A program made the translations under genes and the position numbers. Positions 58,046 through 64,000 of a stretch of DNA of 64,000 nt are shown here, piece after piece. Under the pieces are notes generated by a model. That model was not told the origin of the DNA and did not search any database. It saw only the letters and a list, made by a program, of their open reading frames with translations. The DNA is taken from NCBI RefSeq assembly GCF_045628685.1, contig NZ_JAZQPV010000117.1:9312-73311 (forward strand). Reading direction: 5' to 3'. Each line of letters begins with the position of its first letter. Position 1 is the stretch's first letter. The DNA comes from Acinetobacter sp. (GTDB taxonomy: Bacteria > Pseudomonadota > Gammaproteobacteria > Pseudomonadales > Moraxellaceae).

Positions 58046-58654
58046 TTAATTAACCGAAGATATTTTATCAGGCGTCATCAGCGCCTGATTAATATACAGC
58101 TTGATTAAACGTTCACGCGAACCAATGGATTTTTGATAATGGGTTGAATTGAGTAATAACGATGCACCATAGGTTACTGTCCAGATATAAGATAAATAAT
58201 CGCGAATCGACATGGCGCTATCTAAAGATTTTAAATAATCACCGGTCATGTCCTTGATTTCGATAATCCGTTCTTCACGCACCTGATATAGTTCTTCAAA
58301 TAATTCTTTTAATTTTCTTTCGTTATTGGTTAATCGGTCTTCAATCACATGCAATAAAATGGTCCGGTTAGAATTTAACATGTTGTAAAGCATATATTGC
58401 GAAACATAGGTTTTAATATTATTTTTATATTTCTTTGAAATTTCTAACAGTCTTTTTTCATTTAAAATAATTAGTTCTAAATAGAGCTGATTCTTGCTTT
58501 TAAAATGTTTATAAATGGTGCCTTTGGCAATATCCAGTTCAGAGGCTAATTCTCCAAGCGTAATATCTTGATTGTTATCCAGCAACAGCGTTTCTGCCAT
58601 GGCTAAAATTTTCTCTTTGCGTAATAGAAAATTTTGTTGGCGTACTGTATTCAT
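58046..58654 (-). CDS. TetR/AcrR family transcriptional regulator
   Basis: 202 aa; N-terminal HTH ITLGELASELDIAKGTIYKHFKSK. Confidence 0.85.
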   Translation of the reverse strand: MNTVRQQNFLLRKEKILAMAETLLLDNNQDITLGELASELDIAKGTIYKHFKSKNQLYLELIILNEKRLLEISKKYKNNIKTYVSQYMLYNMLNSNRTILLHVIEDRLTNNERKLKELFEELYQVREERIIEIKDMTGDYLKSLDSAMSIRDYLSYIWTVTYGASLLLNSTHYQKSIGSRERLIKLYINQALMTPDKISSVN

Positions 58655-59287
58655 TGCAATCGTCCCAAGCAGACATTAAAAAAAGCATCTTGAATATATA
58701 CCGATAAAATCCTGATGACCATTCCACCATTGTCGGATATGAGGAGAATTAATATTTAACACCTATAATTTTATTTAACCCTATTTTGAATTTCATATTG
58801 CTCAATTGCATAGCAAAAATTAAAAGTCAATAAATGAGAACCTTAGAGGTCAATAATCGTTAATAAAATTCCAATTGGGGAATAATTATTTTATTGTCTT
58901 TTTGCGCTAAAAAGTGAAATCACCCATTAAACGCAAAAAATAATGTTCTGATTAAACAGTATTTCAAAGGTACATTTTTTAAAGACAAGATTTTAAGAGG
59001 GATCATTTAATTCAAAGTAAATTACAGAAAAGAGGTTTCATTCAGCCAGCATTAGAGTGAACATCAGATGAACACATTTTGATGCTTAGACCCTGATGGA
59101 CAATCTTTCAAACTCAGTCCTGTGTTCAATCCTATTTCTCCTGATAGAGATTGAAAACTGATTTGAATGCCCAAATTATATTCAAATAGAAGTCGGTTGA
59201 AATACAGCTCGTTATTTCAGTTTAGGTTCTTAAAACTTAAAAAGCACTTCAACATTTAATGCGAATTCTTCACCCAAGGAAAGCAAT

Positions 59288-61069
59288 ATGCCTATTTATA
59301 ACGCACCTCTTAAAGACATGGATTTTATTTTAAATGATGTATTTAAGGCTGAAGATTTTTGGCAAGGCAATGATGACTTAGCCCACCTTGATATGGCAAC
59401 GGCAAATGCCATTTTAGAAGAAATGGCTAAATTTTCTAAAAATGTCATTCTGGATTTAAACCGCTCAAGTGATGAAGAGGGCGGTGCTCAATTTAGCAAT
59501 GGTGTAGTCACCACGCCTAAAGGTTTTAAAGAAGCATTTAAGCAATACGCAGAAGGAGGTTGGATTGGCTTGGGTGCGGAAGAAGAATGGGGCGGTCAAG
59601 GCATGCCAAAAATGTTGACTGTTCTGGCTGATGAAATGATTTGGGCAACCAATCCATCATTTATGCTTTACCCGCTACTTTCTGTGGGCGCAGGCATGGC
59701 CTTGAACAACTATGCATCGCAAGAGCAAAAGCAAACCTATTTGCCTAAAATCTACACCGGTGAATGGTCGGGTACCATGTGCTTGACTGAGCCGCATGCA
59801 GGAACCGATTTAGGCATTATTAAAACCAAAGCTGAACGTAATGATGACGGTTCTTATGACATCACCGGAACCAAAATCTTTATTACCAGTGGTGAGCATG
59901 ACCTGTCAGAAAATATTATTCACCTGGTCTTGGCGAAAACCCCAGATGCACCTGCAGGTTCACGCGGTATTTCCTTATTCATCGTGCCGAAATTTCTGGT
60001 CAATGAAGATGGTTCATTGGGCGAACGCAATAGCATGGGTGCGGGTTCTATTGAACACAAGATGGGTATTAAAGGTTCTTCAACCTGCGTATTGAACTTT
60101 GATGGCGCCAAAGGCTTCCTTGTGGGTAAAGAAAACGAAGGCCTGGCAGCCATGTTCGTGATGATGAACTACGAACGCCTATCGATGGGCATTCAAGGTT
60201 TGGGCGCATCTGAGTTTGCCTATCAGAATGCAGCGCAATATGCGACAGACCGTTTGCAAGGTCGCAGTGCCACAGGGGTGAAATCGCCAGAGAAGCCAGC
60301 CGATTCAATTTTGGTCCACGGTGATGTACGCCGTATGCTGCTTAACGGTCGTGCCAACAATGAAGCATCGCGTGCATTTGCGGTGTATGTAGGTCAGCAA
60401 TTGGATATCACTAAATTCTCTACCGATGCGGAAGCCGTGAAAAAAGCCAATGACCGTGTGGCATTGTTAACGCCAATCGCCAAAGCATACTTAACGGATA
60501 CCGCGTTGAATGCGGTACTTGATGCTCAAATGGTGTTTGGTGGGCATGGTTATATCCGTGAATGGGGCATGGAACAATGTGTGCGTGACCTGCGGATTTC
60601 ACAAATTTATGAAGGTACCAACGGCGTACAAGCTCAGGATTTAATCGGTCGTAAAACCATTCGCAACAATGGCGCAAATATGGCGGAATATATCACTGAA
60701 ATTCGTGAGTTTGTCGCTACACTGGATGATTCACTTGCCATTAAAGCCGCGACTTTAAACGCTTGTAGCGAAGTTGAAGCCATCACCCAGTTTATTTTGC
60801 AACAGGCGAAAGAAGCACCGGATTTTGCTAATGGTGTTGCGGTAGATTACTTGCATGCAGTGGGCTTGCTGAGCTTCAGCTATATGTTTGCAAGAATCGC
60901 GAAAGCGGCTCAAGCGAAAACAGAAGCGTTCTATCAAAATAAACTTATTTTGGCGCAGTACTTTGCCGAGAAAGTGTTACCAGGCATAACTGCACGTATT
61001 GCACAAATTAAAGCTGGTTCAAACTTAATGATGCAGTTGCCAGAAGATTACTTTACTGCTCAGTCTTAA
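59288..61069 (+). CDS. Long acyl-CoA dehydrogenase with C-terminal extension (about 590-aa AcdA/DmdC-like class)
   Basis: 593 aa; MCLTEPHAGTDL and YEGTNGVQ motifs; AAGGAA Shine-Dalgarno. Confidence 0.85.
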   Translation: MPIYNAPLKDMDFILNDVFKAEDFWQGNDDLAHLDMATANAILEEMAKFSKNVILDLNRSSDEEGGAQFSNGVVTTPKGFKEAFKQYAEGGWIGLGAEEEWGGQGMPKMLTVLADEMIWATNPSFMLYPLLSVGAGMALNNYASQEQKQTYLPKIYTGEWSGTMCLTEPHAGTDLGIIKTKAERNDDGSYDITGTKIFITSGEHDLSENIIHLVLAKTPDAPAGSRGISLFIVPKFLVNEDGSLGERNSMGAGSIEHKMGIKGSSTCVLNFDGAKGFLVGKENEGLAAMFVMMNYERLSMGIQGLGASEFAYQNAAQYATDRLQGRSATGVKSPEKPADSILVHGDVRRMLLNGRANNEASRAFAVYVGQQLDITKFSTDAEAVKKANDRVALLTPIAKAYLTDTALNAVLDAQMVFGGHGYIREWGMEQCVRDLRISQIYEGTNGVQAQDLIGRKTIRNNGANMAEYITEIREFVATLDDSLAIKAATLNACSEVEAITQFILQQAKEAPDFANGVAVDYLHAVGLLSFSYMFARIAKAAQAKTEAFYQNKLILAQYFAEKVLPGITARIAQIKAGSNLMMQLPEDYFTAQS

Positions 61070-61164
61070 GCACAGTACTTGGTTTGAATCTGGATTTAAT
61101 ATCGATGGAAATGAGATGGGTAGGGTCTTCTGCTTATCTCAAACAACAAAATTTATAAATTAGG

Positions 61165-62343
61165 ATGGAAAAAATGATTGTTATTGTAAATGGTGTTCGT
61201 ACGGCAATGGGTGGTTTCCAAGGCGCACTTTCTGCATGTACCGCACCCGATTTAGGTGCAGTGGCCATTAAAGAAGTCGTTGCACGTTCAGGTTTGCAGC
61301 CTGCAGATATTGATGAAGTGATTTTTGGCTGTGTGTTGCCTGCAGGTTTAAAGCAAGGGCCAGCACGTCAAGCCATGCGTCAGGCAGGCTTACCTGATTC
61401 GACCGGTGCAACCACGATCAATAAAATTTGCGGTTCGGGTATGAAAGCGGTGATGCAGGCTGCAGATGCAGTTAAAGCCGGTTCTGCACAAATTGTAGTT
61501 GCAGGTGGCATGGAATCGATGAGCAACGCACCCTACCTGCTTGAAAAAGCACGTACCGGTTACCGTATGGGGCATGGCAAAATTATAGACCACATGTTCC
61601 AGGAAGGCCTGGAAGATGCGGAAACCGGTCTGTCTATGGGCATACTTGCACAAGAGATGGCCGATAAAAAAGGTTATACCCGTGAGCAACAAGATGCTTT
61701 TGCAATTAGCTCTTTAAATAAAGCCGTAACGGCAATTAATAATGGTTATTTCAAGGCTGAAATTGCACCTGTAACCGTATCTAGCCGTAAAGGCGATGTG
61801 ATTGTCGAGCAAGATGAGCAACCACTGAATGCCAAAGCAGACAAAATTCCAACGTTACGTCCTGCATTTAAAAAAGACGGGACCATTACAGCGGCAAATG
61901 CAAGCTCGATCAGTGATGGTGCATCTGCACTGGTGATCACTTCAGAAGAAATTGCAGCTGAACGTGGACTTGAAGCTGTAGCTAAAATTATCGCCTATGC
62001 AGGCCATTCACAACATCCTTCTGAATTTAGCATTGCTCCAGTGGGCGCAATTGAGAAAGTTTTGAAGAAAACCGGCTGGACGGCTGCTGAAGTGGATCTT
62101 TGGGAAATTAATGAAGCTTTCGCAATGGTGACCATGGCAGCCATGGATGCTTTCAATTTAGACGAAGCCAAAGTTAATGTGAACGGTGGTGCGTGTGCGC
62201 TTGGACATCCACTCGGTTCATCAGGTTCACGTATTATTGTGACCTTGATTCATGCCCTGCAACGTACCGGCGGCAAGAAAGGTATTGCAGCATTATGTAT
62301 TGGTGGTGGTGAAGCAACTGCGGTTGCGATTGAGTTAATTTAA
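61165..62343 (+). CDS. Acetyl-CoA C-acyltransferase (thiolase)
   Basis: 392 aa; active-site NKICGSG, NEAFA and GGACALGHPLG motifs. Confidence 0.95.
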   Translation: MEKMIVIVNGVRTAMGGFQGALSACTAPDLGAVAIKEVVARSGLQPADIDEVIFGCVLPAGLKQGPARQAMRQAGLPDSTGATTINKICGSGMKAVMQAADAVKAGSAQIVVAGGMESMSNAPYLLEKARTGYRMGHGKIIDHMFQEGLEDAETGLSMGILAQEMADKKGYTREQQDAFAISSLNKAVTAINNGYFKAEIAPVTVSSRKGDVIVEQDEQPLNAKADKIPTLRPAFKKDGTITAANASSISDGASALVITSEEIAAERGLEAVAKIIAYAGHSQHPSEFSIAPVGAIEKVLKKTGWTAAEVDLWEINEAFAMVTMAAMDAFNLDEAKVNVNGGACALGHPLGSSGSRIIVTLIHALQRTGGKKGIAALCIGGGEATAVAIELI

Positions 62344-62439
62344 ACCGGCACAATGAATACATCAGTAAGCACAACAAATGCCATGATTCTAGTGCGCTGG
62401 GATGATGGTAAAAATTATGTTTATGTTGAGAGTTTTTAA

Positions 62440-63942
62440 ATGAAAAACGGTTTAGAGCGTATTCGCTTGGTCTCCCTTCGCGACAAAATAATGTCTGCTC
62501 AACAAGCGATTGAATTGATTCAAGACGGTGCTGTAGTAGGTTTAAGTGGGTTTGGTGGTGCAGGTGAAGCCAAAACTGTGCCTTTGGCGTTGGCTGATTA
62601 TGCTCAACAACATCCTTTAAAAATCACCCTGGTTACCGGTGCAAGTCTGGGCAATAAAATTGATGGCCGCTTAAATGAGGCACATGCCATTCAACGTCGT
62701 TATCCTTATCAGGCTGATCCTGGCTTGCGTAAAGCCATTAATGCCGGTGAAGTAATGTATATCGATCAGCATTTGTCTGAAATGGCAGATAACATTCGTC
62801 ATCATAATTTGCCGCGCATTAATGTGGCTGTTATCGCAGCGACCGCCATTACAGAAGATGGCCAGATTATTCCCACAGGATCATGCGGTAATTCGGCTAA
62901 TTTTATTGAAATGGCAGATCATGTCATTATTGAAATTGATAATACAATCAATCCAGTACTTGAAGGTGTACATGATATTTATGTACCTAAAGCTCGTCCA
63001 AACCGTTCACCAATTCCCTTGATTCATGCCGGGGATCGTATTGGTACAGTCGGAATTCAGGTTAGTCCTGAAAAAATTTCCGCGATTGTACTGAATGATA
63101 TTCCCGATACCTCTTTCCATATGGGTGAGCCGGATACCGATACCTTGTCCATTGCCAAACACCTGATTCAGTTCTTTGAAGGTGAAGTGGCAGCAGGACG
63201 CTTGCCGGAAAATCTGGGTCCGTTACAGTCGGGCGTAGGTTCTATTGCCAATGCCGTTTTTTCGGGCTTTGAACATTCAAACTTCCACCATCTGGAAATG
63301 TACTCTGAAGTTTTGCAGGATTGTACCTTCGAATTGATTGATTCTGGCAAAATGACCTTTGCTTCAGGTTGTTCAATGACCCTGTCTGACTCGTGTGCCA
63401 AGCGTGTCATGAGCAACTTTGAACAGTACAAAGACAAGATTGTGCTACGTCCGCAAGAAATTTCCAATAATCCTGAAGTGATCCGCCGTTTAGGGATTAT
63501 TGCGATCAATACGGCACTTGAGTTTGATATTTACGGCAACGTAAATTCAACCCATGTCACGGGCACCAAAATGATGAATGGTATTGGCGGTTCGGGTGAC
63601 TTTACCCGTCATGCGCATCTGGCGATTTTTGTGACCAAATCGATTGCCAAAGGGGGCGCAATTTCATCTGTAGTTCCAATGGTCAGTCATACCGATCATA
63701 CCGAACATGACATTGATGTATTGGTGACAGAACAAGGTTTGGCAGATTTACGTGGTTTGGCACCGCGTGAACGTGCCCGCAAGATTATTGATTGCTGTGC
63801 ACATCCAAGTTACCGCGATGCCTTAAATGACTATTTTGACCGTGCTTGTGCTAAAGGCGGACACACGCCGCATCTTTTGCAAGAAGCATTGTCTTGGCAT
63901 GCAAAATTTGAAGAAACGGGTAGCATGCAGAAAACTGCCTAA
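62440..63942 (+). CDS. Acetyl-CoA hydrolase/transferase family protein (succinyl-CoA:acetate CoA-transferase-like)
   Basis: 500 aa; SGFGGAGEAK N-terminal motif and GIGGSGDF motif. Confidence 0.85.
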   Translation: MKNGLERIRLVSLRDKIMSAQQAIELIQDGAVVGLSGFGGAGEAKTVPLALADYAQQHPLKITLVTGASLGNKIDGRLNEAHAIQRRYPYQADPGLRKAINAGEVMYIDQHLSEMADNIRHHNLPRINVAVIAATAITEDGQIIPTGSCGNSANFIEMADHVIIEIDNTINPVLEGVHDIYVPKARPNRSPIPLIHAGDRIGTVGIQVSPEKISAIVLNDIPDTSFHMGEPDTDTLSIAKHLIQFFEGEVAAGRLPENLGPLQSGVGSIANAVFSGFEHSNFHHLEMYSEVLQDCTFELIDSGKMTFASGCSMTLSDSCAKRVMSNFEQYKDKIVLRPQEISNNPEVIRRLGIIAINTALEFDIYGNVNSTHVTGTKMMNGIGGSGDFTRHAHLAIFVTKSIAKGGAISSVVPMVSHTDHTEHDIDVLVTEQGLADLRGLAPRERARKIIDCCAHPSYRDALNDYFDRACAKGGHTPHLLQEALSWHAKFEETGSMQKTA

Positions 63943-63961
63943 GATCCAATCTGGCTAAAGT

Positions 63962-63991
63962 AAAAGAACCCATCAAATGATGGGTTCTTTT
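63962..63991 (+). terminator. Intrinsic terminator
   Basis: Stem aaaagaaccca/tgggttctttt. Confidence 0.8.
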
Positions 63992-64000
63992 ATAAATAAG

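Overview
AT-rich gammaproteobacterial chromosome segment. By eye the gene content and protein sequences look most like Acinetobacter/Moraxellaceae; no search was run to confirm this. It is largely housekeeping and accessory-metabolism backbone. Genes include cobS (5' partial), lrgAB with a LysR regulator, a tusDCBE sulfur-relay operon, fumC and a cytochrome bd (CioAB-like) oxidase with a small third ORF. Also present are frmA, an aromatic amino-acid cluster (aminotransferase, decayed aroP, DAHP synthase), gcvH, plsB, cysK and sstT. The rest are SulP, MscS and MFS transporters and several acyl-CoA or alcohol oxidation operons with LysR, TetR, AraC, MarR and ArsR regulators. I found no rRNA or tRNA genes, no CRISPR array, and no transposase, integrase or phage genes. 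I also saw no obvious defence island. The most interesting signals are regulatory or structural. (1) Two tandem aromatic-codon-rich leader ORFs lie upstream of the DAHP synthase gene, the first followed by alternative helices and an intrinsic terminator, which is a candidate attenuator. (2) A four-gene operon looks like a split version of the ACAD10/11 or lva kinase-dehydrogenase pathway, with an extra histidine phosphatase. (3) A cluster of small hydrophilic and glycine-zipper proteins sits in an unusually non-coding stretch and ends in a 48-bp perfect palindrome. (4) Four decayed genes are present, three of them carrying an in-frame TAG. All functional calls rest on my reading of the translated ORFs and motifs. 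Nothing was checked against a database.
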